Below, in pieces: positions 47,101-60,099 of a DNA stretch of 64,000 nt (position 1 is its first letter; each line of letters begins with the position of its first letter). The stretch is from Macrostomum lignano. Taxonomy: Eukaryota. The notes under the pieces are model-generated. The model was not told where the DNA came from. It saw nothing but the letters and a program-made list of their open reading frames with translations, and ran no database searches. The DNA is taken from assembly GCA_002269645.1 (NCBI GenBank), contig NIVC01003751.1:1-64000 (forward strand), read 5' to 3'. The translations under genes were made by a program, and so were the position numbers.

Positions 47101-50100
47101 GTTTGGTGGTCTTTCATCTTGTTGGTTGCATCAAAGGATTGAATGATTATAGGCTAAAAATAAAGTGATTATTTTTAGCAAACTTGTAAACCCATAGCAA
47201 TTTTTTGTATTTTATATACAGCTACTTGAAGTAGAAACATACAAATATGGTAAGAAAAAAATAGGAAAGATAATAGAAAAAAATATTTTTATTATTTTTT
47301 GACTTTTTTCTTCTTTTTCTTTAACATTTAAAGATTTAACAATATAGCAAGAAGAGGACAAAAGTAAAAAAGATGCCACATCTCTATGCTCTATGCAAAC
47401 TAAAATATTTTTATTGTCATAGCCATACTTAACTTACTTGACTTAGCTGCAGGGGGCTCCGTGCGTCTGGAAACAGCAAGGAGGTGTTGCCGCTCATTTT
47501 GCTAACCCCTGGCAACCATGGGCAGCTAGTGCTGCAGTGTCATGCAGGGAGTTCCGGTGGTGCCGGTGTCCGCAGCGCGGTCCCCCTCTGGAGGGTCCAG
47601 GAGGTGGACTGTCGCTCACCCAGTAGCCCTTAGGTAGCAGACAAGCTGGCAGAGATTCTCGGGCCTGAAAACATTGGAGAGGTCCTGGTTTGGGCCGAGG
47701 TAGGTGAGCCTGACCTGAGTAAAGGCGGGGCATTCACAGATGAAGTGCTCCACATTCTCGACACTGGAGAGGCAGAATGGGCATTCCTCACTGCAGATTT
47801 TTCCCTGGAGGTAGCGATGCATGGCAAAACAGCCATGACCTGAGAGGGCCATGGTCACTGCCCTGATGTGACCTGATATGCCATGAATGAACTGCGGTGC
47901 TTATGTGTCATGAATACTCCATGAGTCGCTGAAAGGCGAATGGGGACTAGAAGTGAGAAGCTGCTAGGCCGTAACCCCAAACCGAACAGCCAGCCAAAAG
48001 ATAGCGACCTGGGGGTGGCTTAAGCCCTTACTGGCCCAACTGCTAGCAACCAAGAAACTCCCCGGCTTGGAGAACCAGAGGCCAAACCAAAGGACCATCA
48101 GTGCGGTACTATACTGGGCCCTTGAGAGAGACAAAAGGCTGTCCCCGGAGCCTGCAGACTGGCCGCATACCCTGTTAAGGTCAGAGGGTGGTACCTGTTC
48201 CTCAGAGCCATGGCCAGAGGTACCTGATACACACAGGTTCACTTCCGGGCGGAGCCCGTACCCAACACAGCCAAGACTGAGGTCAAGACTACGGGTGGGT
48301 TTGCTGCCGCCGGAGCCCAGTCAGTCCAGCAGCCCTAGGGCTGCCTTGAACACATGCGGAACGTGAACCCCTGGGTCGGCTTGTGAGTCAGCTTGGAGAG
48401 TTCTCCTGCCATTCCTGCACCAGAATAAAGGGGGTGCAGGTGTGTAGGATCGCAGACCTTAGCTAATAAGCCTGGTCTGTCTCATGCTACACAGGCGTGC
48501 TGAACCCACCAATGCATCTCTATGCTCTATGCAAACTACAATATTTTTATTGTCATATTCATAAGAGAAGTTGTTTTCTGTAGGCATATTTGTTACAGAA
48601 TGGTACATGGTACTTATTGTACCATGCTTGCTATAGTATTTCATAGCTATAGCTGATGAAAATGATACCTAGGCCAAGAAGTATTCCAGAGTCACTTGCA
48701 TCAATTTGAGGTGTTTTGTTGTCTGCAACTCAGGAATGACTCTGGGGCAGTGCATGTGACTATAGGATGCTTCTAAAATGACTCTGGGACTGTAGAGTTA
48801 TATCTGAGGCGTGCTAGAGTTGCTGTAGAATTACTGGGTTACATCAAAAGTGCATCTGCATCACTTACAAGAGTTAGTTGTCTTGCTTAAGGACCTGCAT
48901 TGTTCTGAATGGGTTGAAAATCGAACCCCCAACCTCTAAGTCATGAGTCCTGCGCTACAACACCGCATTTTTAACAACTCTATCTAGTCTACTTCAGTTA
49001 GTAGATAGTAAGATTTTATGAATTTTGCATATAAAGCATTTATATCTGATTGCTCTATGCTGCCTTACAATTATTAGATTGTGTTAAATTGCATTTTATT
49101 AATATGTTAAATACATAGATATGATTACATATGAATCTCGCACCCAACAAATCCATTTGAATCGCACAGTCTGCGCTGTTGCCGGGCGCCGCAGTTCATT
49201 CCGGTCATTCCGGTCTAGGAGCTACCGCTACCGGTCTCCTTCCTACCGGTCCTATGGCGGCTCCGGCTCGTTTCGGGCGTCCAACTACAAAATGGCCCCT
49301 GGCGTCATGCGCAGGATGGGGTGAGCACTCTCATTTGCTTGTTGCTAACGGCTTTAATTATATGACACGCTCAGCTGAGCTTCAATATCCCCAAGGCTCA
49401 AGCATAGAGTCCCTTTAAGCTGGATTGCAGTTGGTTTCATAAAATATAAGCTAGATTTTACTTTAGGATTGTATTATCAGGGATTCTTGCAGCTGGTAGC
49501 TATTTTCAGGGTATTCTCTTTAGATATTCTTAGCTGGGGTTTCAGTTGTAAGATTTTCTAGAACTCCTGGTGAGATTTTCCATTATGGGTAAAGTTGATG
49601 CAGTTTTAGGTGTGAGATTCTCTAGAGTGAAGGGCAGTTTTAGGTGTGAGGTTCTCTGGAGTGAAGGGCAGTCTTAGGTGTGAAATTCTCTAGAGTGAAG
49701 GGCAGTCTTAGGTGTGACCGTGTGAGATTCTCTAGAGTGAAGGGCAGTTTTAGGTGTGAGATTCTCTAGAGTGAAAGGCAGTTTTAGGTGTGAGATTCTC
49801 TAGAGTGAAGGGCAGTCTTAGGTGTGACCGTGTGAGATTCTCTAGAGTGAAGGGCAGTTTTAGGTGTGAGATTCTCTAGAGTGAAGGGCAGTTTTAGGTG
49901 TGAAATTCTCTGGAGTGAAGGGCAGTCTTAGGTGTGACCGTGTGAGATTCTCTAGAGTGAAGGGCAGTTTTAGGTGTGAGGTTCTCTAGAGTGAAGGGCA
50001 GTTTTAGGTGTGAGATTCTCTAGAGTGAAAGGCAGTTTTAGGTGTGAGATTCTCTAGAGTGAAGGGCAGTTTTAGGTGTGAGATTCTCTAGAGTGAAGGG

Positions 50101-51336
50101 CAGTCTTAGGTGTGACCGTGTGAGATTCTCTAGAGTGAAGGGCAGTTTTAGGTGTGAGATTCTCTAGAGTGAAAGGCAGTTTTAGGTGTGAGATTCTCTA
50201 GAGTAAAGGGCAGTTTTAGGTGTGAGATTCTCTAGAGTGAAGGGCAGTCTTAGGTGTGACCGTGTGAGATTCTCTAGAGTGAAGGGCAGTTTTAGGTGTG
50301 AGGTTCTCTAGAGTGAAGGGCAGTTTTAGGTGTGAAATTCTCTGGAGTGAAGGGCAGTCTTAGGTGTGACCGTGTGAGATTCTCTAGAGTGAAGGGCAGT
50401 TTTAGGTGTGAGGTTCTCTAGAGTGAAGGGCAGTTTTAGGTGTGAAATTCTCTGGAGTGAAGGGCAGTCTTAGGTGTGAGGTTCTCTAGAGTGAAGGGCA
50501 GTCTTAGGTGTGAGGTTCTCTAGAGTGAAAGGCAGTTTTAGGTGTGAGGTTCTCTAGAGTGAAGGGCAGTTTTAGGTGTGAGATTCTCAAGGCATAGTGG
50601 GGGTTTTGAATTAAGACTCGTGAGTTCCCCTCTGCCACGCACTGCCAAGTTGCATACATTTTGAATTTCCCAATCCCGCAGCGGTATAGGCATTAATAAG
50701 AAAATGCTGCTAGCCGCCGGCTCTGTGTACATCGCCTACAAGCTGCGGCCCAAATTCCACATTGGCGGCGGCTACAGATACGATTCTGATGACTACGCGA
50801 TCTGCCGGGGCAATTTCACTGGCCGGAATGAACAGAATGTGACCATAAGCTACAAGTATTTCATCTGCCCAACGGACATCAATTACATTATCCGTTGGGA
50901 CAATAGAAAGTACTGCTGCGGCCCTGTTGAACAGCAGTACTGCTGCGACAAAGAGGAATTCTATCTGCAGTATGGCAATCGTATTGTTGGCCTATCTGGC
51001 GCTGTGATTGCCATAATCAGCGTGCTGTCAATTCTGTTCCTATGCTGCTGCTGCGGTCTGATGCTCTACTGCAAATTCCGCAACCGGAGGCCCGGCCACC
51101 ATCAGCAGCCAACGCCTGTGCCTACTGAGGATCCGGCCGGCAAAACTGCATCCGCCTATCCGATGCAGCAGGCCGCCTATCCGCCTCCGATGCAGCCGCA
51201 GGCCGCCTATCCGCCTCCGCTGCCCACTGGCGGGGTCTCCTCAGCTGAGTCAGCTCCGCCCTATCCGATCTACCAGCCGCCTGGCGGAGCTCCGCCGCCT
51301 AATCTGCCACCGCCGGCTTATCCCGGGCCGATGTGA
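44114..51336 (+). CDS. Shisa-like / WBP1-VOPP1-type single-pass membrane protein, 282 aa (exons 44114-44156, 49170-49320, 50682-51336)
   Basis: Phase-consistent GT-AG joins total 849 nt. Signal peptide MRLALVLVFFSVILVCAVA, RS/Y-rich segment, Cys domain (C..C..CC..CC), TM followed by CCCC, Pro-rich tail with PPPY and PPAY. Confidence 0.88.
47422..48514 (-). mobile_element. 5'-truncated non-LTR retrotransposon (degenerate RNase H region plus C-terminal CCHC finger)
   Basis: LSGHGCF..CPFC..ENVEHFICECPAF..R; TAAG-like 3' tail; 43-bp flanking direct repeats. Confidence 0.85.
48868..48965 (-). mobile_element. Degenerate SINE head
   Basis: GGGGGTTCGATTTTC and GTCCTTAAGCAAGACAACTAAC on the minus strand. 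Confidence 0.55.
49605..50588. repeat. 34-bp minisatellite (GGTGTGAGATTCTCTAGAGTGAAGGGCAGTTTTA) with periodic CCGTGTGA-type insertions
   Basis: Visible periodicity; lies in intron 2 of the Shisa-like gene. Confidence 0.93.
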
Positions 51337-51769
51337 AGTCGGCGGCTGCGATTTTCCCGCTATATTCATGGGATATTGGGACTGTAAAACCAGTGGGAAT
51401 AATACAGGGAACTGACCATTTACACTGGGAATGGGTGTAGGGCAGTAGTCGGCAAACGCCAGTCCTCGGGTTCTTTGAAACTTCACAATAGCAATCCGGC
51501 CCGCTCGATGTTTATATCTCTTCTCAGCTCTCTTCTCTCTAATCTTCACTCTCTCCTCTCTTCTCTATCATTCTATCATCTCTCGTCTCCTCTCTCCTCA
51601 TCTCCCTCTACCCTCTATCCTCCTCTCTCTCCTCTTCTCCACTCCTCTCTTCTCCTCTCTATGTTCTCTATCTTGTCCATTGGGGTATAACAGTTTGTTG
51701 ACCCATGTTGTAGGGCAGTCGCTAGCTGTGGTAGAAATCTGATCTAGTGTTTTCAGAAGCTTGAAACCT

Positions 51770-52570
51770 CATTAGATCAAAAACTTTATGAACTCGAAAA
51801 TTCAACAGATCAAAACTTTATAAACTCGAAAATTCAACAGATCAAAACTTTATGAACTCCAAAATTCAACAGATCAAAACTTTATGAACTCGAAAATTCA
51901 ACAGATCAAAAACTTTATGAACTCCAAAATTCAACAGATCAAAACTTTATGAACTCGAAAATTCAACAGATCAAAAACTTTATGAACTCGAAAATTCAAC
52001 AGATCAAAACTTTATGAACTCGAAAATTCAACAGATCAAAACTTTATGAACTCGAAAATTCAACAGATCAAAACTTTATGAACTCGAAAATTCAACAGAT
52101 CAAAACTTTATGAACTCGAAAATTCAACAGATAAAAAACTTTATGAACTCGAAAATTCAACAGATCAAAACTTTATAAACTCGAAACTTCAACAGATCAA
52201 AACTTTATGAACTCGAGAATTCAACAGATCAAAACTTTATGAACTCGAAAATTCAACAGATCAAAACTTTATGAACTCGAAAATTCAACAGATCAAAACT
52301 TTATGAACTCGAGAATTCAACAGATCAAAACTTTATGAACTCGAAAATTCAACAGATCAAAACTTTATGAACTCGAGAATTCAACAGATCAAAACTTTAT
52401 GAACTCGAAAATTCAACAGATCAAAACTTTATGAACTCGAAAATTCAACAGATCAAAACTTTATGAACTCGAAAATTCAACAGATCAAAACTTTATGAAC
52501 TCGAAAATTCAACAGATCTAAACTTTATGAACTCGAAAATTCAACAGATCTAAACTTTATGAACTCCAAA
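51770..52570. repeat. 32-bp minisatellite (AAATTCAACAGATCAAAACTTTATGAACTCGA), about 25 copies
   Basis: Period of 32 checked (52021 to 52053). Confidence 0.95.
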
Positions 52571-54728
52571 CTTTATTTCAGATAAAAAACTTTATATCTC
52601 CCATAAGTGCAGACGTTTAGTGATTTTTGATGATTTCACGGTAGTAGTGATCAAAAACTGCAGTAAAAGAACTTTTTTGGCTGGTTTATTTAATTATAAC
52701 GTTATTTAGGCGCTCCAATGGAGCAGCACAGGTGAACAAGCTAATGATACTCGTACTAAAGTTTTCGTTAGATAAGATAAGCTTGTCTGTCTTGACGCAT
52801 GCTGGCTTAATTTGCAGTTGAATTGAGGAATCTGTGTCCAGTTGCAAGCTGACTTGCAAGTTGAAATTGTTTTATTGGTTTAAAATTTCTCTAACAGTTG
52901 AGTGCGTTGCTATGGGATCTTTTTGACTATTTGTATGGCAATTTACCTGTTTACATTAATTTTAACTTGTTAATTTGATCTTCTCAATTGTTATAAAAAT
53001 ATTAACGTATTTTTAACAAAACGCTTAAGCTCGCTTTTGTAAGTTCAATCGGTCACTGTGCTAAATTCTTTCAAAAATTGAAAAAAAATGAAAATTTTTC
53101 ACCCACTTTGTTTAACAGTGCGAGTTTTTGTACCAAACAATTATTGTTCAAAATAATAGCAAGCCATTAGTTTATCCAGTTATTCATTACAACAATCCAG
53201 TTATGTTATTGTGCAATGTCTAATAGTTATGATGTTATTTATTCGATCTATAAGATACTTTGCACTTTCGCTTTTTACCTCGTTTTTATGCGTCTTAAAG
53301 CTAGCTGATCAGCACAACTATATGCCTTGTTGCAGTTAATATTCAAGTCAGTTATTATTCAGTGAATAGACTAAATAATCACTCTGTGTGATCCTGCAGC
53401 ATCTCATCAAAAGATGAGCACTTTTTAAATTGTCCAGCAACGTAAAATGTCCGTATGCAACGTGCAGCACTCTTGTTTACCTATTTTACATTGTGCCTGA
53501 TAGTGCTATTCAAGATGACGTAGCCATTCGTTTAGGCTAGATATATTCAGCACTAAAAATAACCATCTTTAAGATGTAGTTGGAAATTGAGATTTATAGT
53601 ATTTTTATGTAGTTATCAGGACTGGTGGGTCAGGGGGTCGGCTGACCCCCGGTAATAAACTTACATTCGCCACTGGTTATCAAAGATGACGAGAAATAAT
53701 TAACTAATTAACAAAAAATTTAGTTATAGGATATATGCAGATACATGTTGTGAACTGTTGTGAAATTCATACATATGTAGCTGTATTTGTGCAGTACTAT
53801 TGTGTATATCGTCGTGGTGGATCCACGGAGTGGGCAAGGAAGCCATGGCCCCCAGCCTTGTTTTTTTCACTTTTAGTAAGGCTTACGTATAGGTTTGCTT
53901 CTCCAAAATTTTTCTAAATCCGCGCCTGCATGGTATCATATCTCTACGTGCGCAATTACGTGTACGTATAAAAAGCCCAGATGAATATTGATGGATTTTA
54001 AAAACTACAGCGCAGCAGCATTACTACATGTATGTATGCATTTATAAGAAAGAAACGTAACAGTAACAGCTAGATTTAGTGCCGCTTTAATTTTTATTAC
54101 GTGTAAAGCAACAAAAAACTCAAGATGCATGTACCTAGGACCCACAATTAGAAGTTATCGTTTGTATCAGGACGTAGAACGTTCAGATATTGCGTGTAAC
54201 TTCTACTGGTCCTAGGACCTTAGTGTACATTCTGTATTTACATATCAAATGCACCATTGCCCAACCAACCACTAAAACGAAACTGTACTTTAAAAAATAT
54301 ATACTAAAACTGTTACCATGTAAAAAATTCCATTAAAAATGTAACTATGCATCCTTAATAAAAATTCTAAATACTAAAAATTGTTTGTCCGTATGTATCT
54401 ATCAATGTAATTTATTTTAAAAAATTTAAATTAAATACGTATACAATTTGTTTTAAAGAAGTCCTACGTAATAAAATAATTGCTTTTAAATTTGCATGTT
54501 GTCTTGCGATGCAAAAGATTGGTCCGGAGTGGCTGGGTTACCAAAGCAACAGCAACAACAACAACAACAACAATATTGTCTTTTGCTTCGAGGTCACTTT
54601 TTACTTTTACTTTTACTTTTACTTTAAATAGTTTGCTATCTATCGCTGATAATAACGATGCATTGTGCAATCAAACCGAGTCATGTGATACTTTTTAGTG
54701 GAGTATCATTGACTTCCAGTGAGTAGCC

Positions 54729-56143
54729 ATGGCACAGTTTGTTTCTACGTTATTCATTTTTGTGATTCACAAGGGCAAATTTTTTTTAAATCGCAGACTA
54801 AAATCTATTTAATTGAACTATAACAATCAAATAGCAAGGTAAAGTGATTAGTGAAATAGATTAAGGATGTAATTTTTTCTTTTATTATAGTTTAGAATTT
54901 TAACAGCAAAAACAGCAGTAAGGAGTTAAACAGTAATTAAGGAAAATCATTTTAAAAATATCTTCTATTGCCTCAATAAGAGTAAAGTGAGTGTGTTTGC
55001 TTTATTCAATGAACTCAACAAATAACATAAAAAAAATTCCCTTAAAACGAAAATTTTTACTTTATTGAAATTTATGATAGATTTTTAATCTTTTTATGAT
55101 CACTTAGAATCTTAAAATCTAAAGCTATACTGTGCATTTAAATTTATCTCTGCCACTTTTAAGTGTCAATATACAAAAGAATAAACTTGCTACACTATTT
55201 AAGAAAATGGTTCATTAAATATTCATTAAATATATAATTAATTATATTTTTATGGATATAAGCTTTTAAATTAATGACTTCAAAAGAACCATATTATTTA
55301 AAGACTTGTTGAGGAATAAGCCAATACATAGATACATAAATTGAGTCTGCTACAAATTCATTTTACTCACAGATTAGTTTATTATTCACAAAGTTGGAAT
55401 TAAAGCTTCAATGTCAGTATTACATTGAGATTGACCGTATAAAATGTTTGCAAATGAATTACACACGTGTATATATTTTAATTATTTATTTCGATATATT
55501 TTTATAGTGATTGCAGATTTTTAGCCGCTTTTACATTGCAGATATTAGTAGTGAGACGTACTTACTCGGAAAAGAATCTCGATTTATACTGGGAAAAAAT
55601 AACTACCATTTTCGCTCCATTAGTTCTTCTGAGACAATTCGTTACAAATCTTTGAACGCTAACACTGCAGCACAATTGGCCACTTTACTTTGATCTTTAC
55701 AATGTCCACACTTTACTGTCTACCCTTCCGACTCTCCAACAGGCCCGCTGCTGGTCCGCGCCAGGGGCGGCGTGGCCCGCTTCGGCAGCTTTGCCGCCTA
55801 CAAGATGCAGACGAATTCAGACTGGCAATACACGGCCAGCTATTATAACTACTTCAGCAGCTCAAACTCCGGTCTGTTCAGCAGCACCACAATCTTCATC
55901 GTCATGTCCTGCCTGCTAATATTCCTGGTCAGCGTGCTGGTGTTCTGCAAATGCTACGCCAGGCGGCACAGCATCCAGCAGCAGCACGCGCTCCTGCTGC
56001 AGCACCAGGAGCACAGCGGCATCACGGAGCAACAGCAGCCAGTGCAAGCGGATCCCGTTCCCATGAGCACGAGCCCCGAGCCGCCAAATTATTATTCGGC
56101 TGTTAGCGGCGGGCAATATTATATTCAACGACGAATTGAGTAG
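54729..56143 (+). CDS. Single-pass membrane protein with PPNY tail, probable paralogue of the Shisa-like gene (exon 55743-56143 firm; exon 54729-54774 tentative)
   Basis: ccaacag acceptor; RGGVARFGSFAAYKM, TM IFIVMSCLLIFLVSVLVFCKC, Q-rich region, PPNYY. The first exon would need a GC donor. Confidence 0.75.
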
Positions 56144-58400
56144 AAAGGCTTACGGGGAAACTTACGAGACTTCCTGGAAAATACTTTAAGACTAGCTAGC
56201 TGGAGCCCAAAGAAATTATTCTGCCATTCTAGTTTTTAGGCTTCACAAAAACCATAAAAGTAATAAACTAAAATCAATGACGAATAAGCTTGGTAATGAG
56301 TAGATAAATGTATAACGACCAGTATTCAATTTGCTTTCCGATAAAATCTATCCCTACTTTGTGAAAAAATTTCCACCTCGACATTGTAGTTTTCGCCTAA
56401 AGCAGACTGTGAGAGTTTCTAAGAAACGTATAAGTTGTCTTTTTCCAATCGACCGATTTTCCTTGATTAGATTTAACCTGCTGAATTCTTAATGAATAAT
56501 TAACAAGCTTGCAGACCATTTTATTTGGACACTAAGTAATGCTGAAGCCCCCGCACATATAACTCTGATTTACACGTTTTTAGATTAAATTTTTAGTATA
56601 TGGATATTTCCTCTTGCATTATATGAGCTATACATGTACATGTAAGTATGAGTTACATAGCATCAAGGCAAGCCGGAATCTTATATGCGTGACTTCCTTC
56701 CATGAAGTGATCTTGTGGGAAGTTTGAACTAAAGGACGCGTGTACATATACATTTGCATATTTTCTATTGCTCTGCATAATTCAAGTCCTTTTAGATCGC
56801 TTTTTCCTAAATCCTGTGTTTCAACCCCAGTCAATAAATTTGCAAATACAACAAAGCACAAAAGCAAATATGTTGTTAACCATCAGGCGAAACACGACTC
56901 TTTGCTGCAACAGCAACCATCAACCAGTTGTTGTCGGGCACCTCGACGGTTGATAACAGCAGGGCGAGAGCAGCGTCGGCGTTACAGTATAGCTAAGTAC
57001 ACTGAGCTGCCACTCCGGTTCGCATCGACCCACGTACGCGTCGCCCGCAGCAGAAAGCCGTCGTCATCATGGTGGGAATTGAGCAATCTGCAACATCCAG
57101 TCAAGCAGTACGAACAGCGCTAGCGTACTTGTGTCTCCCTTGCTGGAACACCCCCATGCACCTTGTGTTGCTCACCAGGGACTACTCAATACTCGGGACG
57201 GGAAAGGACAAAACTTGGAGGCCAATCTATTATAATGACTAGCTTAGTCCTCGCAAAGCATTAGTTCGATAGAATTCTACCTTGTACGCTCGTATAGTCA
57301 GTGAATTTGTGTCTGTGGTAAAAACCTATCCAATTAATAAGCCTCCAAGTTGTTTTTCGCGTCGGGTATAGTATAGTCCCTGGGTGCTCACTTGCCCAAT
57401 GTCTTAGGATTAGCAATGGTGTTACATTTAGCTCGATTTTAGATGTATCTTCATGTAGCGAGTATAGATGCCAATAGCGCTGAGCCATTCCGAGGTACCT
57501 AGTTTTAAGTGATTAAGCCGGCTGAGCTTAATAGACTTTCATAAACCTCTTGATCATTGTCAGCAAAGTTTTAATTTGTGCCAAACAAGTAGCTACGTGA
57601 AGTGTAACCGTAAAAATTGACAATCGGACAATGAATACATGTAAAAGCATAGTCTGGAAAAAACTGCATCCATTTTTTTGCTTTCCCTGGCTGACCCTTT
57701 AATTTGATTCGCAGAGCAGCAGAAACATGTGATCTCAGGCCTAGCTGCATCCATTACACCATTTGATTTATCTGCAGATACTTACTAATCTCGAGTCTCG
57801 TGAGCCATCCTTGCTCGATGCCTCGATCTGTCATCCCTATGGGAAAATTCGAACGCTCCAGCTTATCTGTTCTGTCCCCAATCGGCTGCCGCAGCGCTGT
57901 GCATAACTAACGAGACCGGCAGGCCTCTGGGGCATAGTAAGAAATTCTATAGGATTAGCTGCAGAAGACGAGCTTGCCTGCTATTTTCAGCCAAGTCAGA
58001 GGAGCGAGGCCTCAATTGTACTAATAGCTGTATACCAGCGTAGCATCAGCAGCCTCCACACGAAGCCAACCCACAATTTGATATACTCGCTAGATTATTT
58101 TGCACAAAATGGGTGGCAAAAATCATGACAAGCTACTTACTAAAGAAGTAAGATAGTAGAACGTATGATGCTATTTTCAACTCATGAGCATACTTTGTGA
58201 GCATAGTGAGCATAGTGAGCAACTCGTGAGCATAGAAGCACTACTATGCGGTGTGTATTTCTATGGCCAAGTGTATGCGAACAAATGCATGCTGCCTACA
58301 GCAGGAAGCACTTATAATTATAAAAATTGGACTTTCATGGCATGAAAGCTAAAATAAGCCGCTAACTTTCAAGGCATATGATTTTTTAACCATATTAATA

Positions 58401-58749
58401 TTGGTTTTGTCAGCCTAACTGAGAATAAAGCCATCCAAAGTGAGAATCCTGCCTACGCTGACTGCGAAGGGCCTGGCTGCGTGCAGCCTTAGTCTATGAG
58501 CCATAGACTATAAAGGATAAGCTAGGATTGGCTAGTCATATGGCCCAGAAGCTCAGAAGGTATAAAAATAAAAGAATACGACGCATAGACCAATCGATTC
58601 TCTCATTGGATGGCTTTTTATCACTTTGCTTGTCCTTTATTGTCTATGGCCCATAGACTAAGGCTGCACGCAGCCAGGCCCTTCGCAGTCAGCGTAGGCA
58701 GGATTCTCACTTTGGATGGCTTTATTCTCAGTTAGGCTGACAAAACCAA
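58401..58749. mobile_element. Foldback MITE with ~120-bp TIRs and probable TA TSD
   Basis: 58399-~58522 is the reverse complement of ~58628-58751 with few mismatches. Confidence 0.88.
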
Positions 58750-59639
58750 TACTTGTGGAAGCAAGCAAAAGTGACACTATTTCTTGGGACACCCCTCGTA
58801 TAATAGTTGCAGATATTGACGGATTTGACATAAAAGCTGGGCTAGAAAAATATAGCTAACTATAAAGGTCAGACGATGTCACGAATAATCAACCTTAATA
58901 AAAGTGAGTTTGTGATAAGCTAACACAGGCTATAACAATTTAAAAGCCAATATTATTTGTCATTATAAATGTAAGCTCAAGCGATCGAAGAGCTAAAGTT
59001 ATTGCTGATAAAGTTCAAACAGACTACTCAATTAGAAGTAGTGCTCTAGGCGTATAGCTTTGATTTTTTAATACTGCAAATGTCAGATAGCATTAGCGAG
59101 ATAGAGAATTATCCGCTGTCGTTTAAACTTTCGCATTATTTCAACTGCAGAAACAAAGCGGCCTAATTTTGCTAGGTCAAACCATAGAACCAGATACTGA
59201 AACAACTTGAGAGGTCATTCGTAAAAAATGCATCTAGCTACTCTTTTTTAGTAGCAACATGAACGTTATTGAATTTACTAAAATTAATTGAAGTAGAAAG
59301 AAACTTTCTCGGGTCCCCGGATCCTTTGAAACTTCACAATACCAATCCTTGCTGCTCAAGGTCTCTTTTTAGCTCTCTTCTCTTCTTTATTTTCTCTCCT
59401 TTGTCTTCGTTTCTCCCCTTTCCTCTCCTCTCCAGATTCTCTGGAGATTTGCCGTTTTTACATACAAACTTTTCTTTTCACAAACTTTAATTACAAGCAG
59501 AGAATAACCCGTTATTCTTTGATTACGAAAAGTACATTTACGGTTAGCTATTCTAGTATCTGTGGGGCCAAACTAGCGCCTAAAGCTAGAAATAGTAAAG
59601 AGAAAGAAATGTGACCCATTTTTAAGACCACTTGCGCTC

Positions 59640-59954
59640 TCACAGCGGGCCAGGATGAGGCGGCGGCGGTGCGCTGGCTGTCGGACCTGACTGACTGTCG
59701 CTGCTGGGAGGCAGCGGCAGTACAATCGGCGGCAGGGCCACCAAACTTGTGGTATCGCCGGCTCCAATACGGCGGCTGCTTGCGGCGGCCACGGCGGCGG
59801 CAAATTCCGCGTCATCGTCATCGGCACCCGGTCTATTGGCGCTGGTCTTCTTTTTCAGCTTTTTCTTATCGACGTCGTCCTTGAGGATGACAAGGCAGCA
59901 GCTGCAGACGCAGCAGCAGAGACAAATGCCGAGGATGAAGAATATCGGATCCAT
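59640..59954 (-). CDS. Small Cys-rich single-TM protein, 104 aa (MDPIFFILGICLCCCVCSCCLVIL...)
   Basis: GC-rich ORF in AT-rich surroundings; hydrophobic Cys-rich N-terminus, Lys cluster, acidic patch, Pro-rich end. An upstream exon is possible. Confidence 0.7.
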   Translation of the reverse strand: MDPIFFILGICLCCCVCSCCLVILKDDVDKKKLKKKTSANRPGADDDDAEFAAAVAAASSRRIGAGDTTSLVALPPIVLPLPPSSDSQSGPTASAPPPPHPGPL

Positions 59955-60099
59955 AATTTCTTGCTCCACAGAGTCCACAAGCTTCTTGAGAAAAAGTCTT
60001 GGGCATGAGCTCACATTTCAGCTTCAGAAGGGTTGTAAAAATTAGGTATTTTTTGTTTCTAAATAGACATGGAAAGTAATTTGAGAGGACAGGTCTGCA

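Noticed and set aside
56880-57120. Coding-like GC-rich patch on the minus strand (similar patches at 28100-28340, 29650-29950, 8950-9090)
   Set aside because: Needs frameshifts, shows no recognisable motif, and no consistent exon chain could be built
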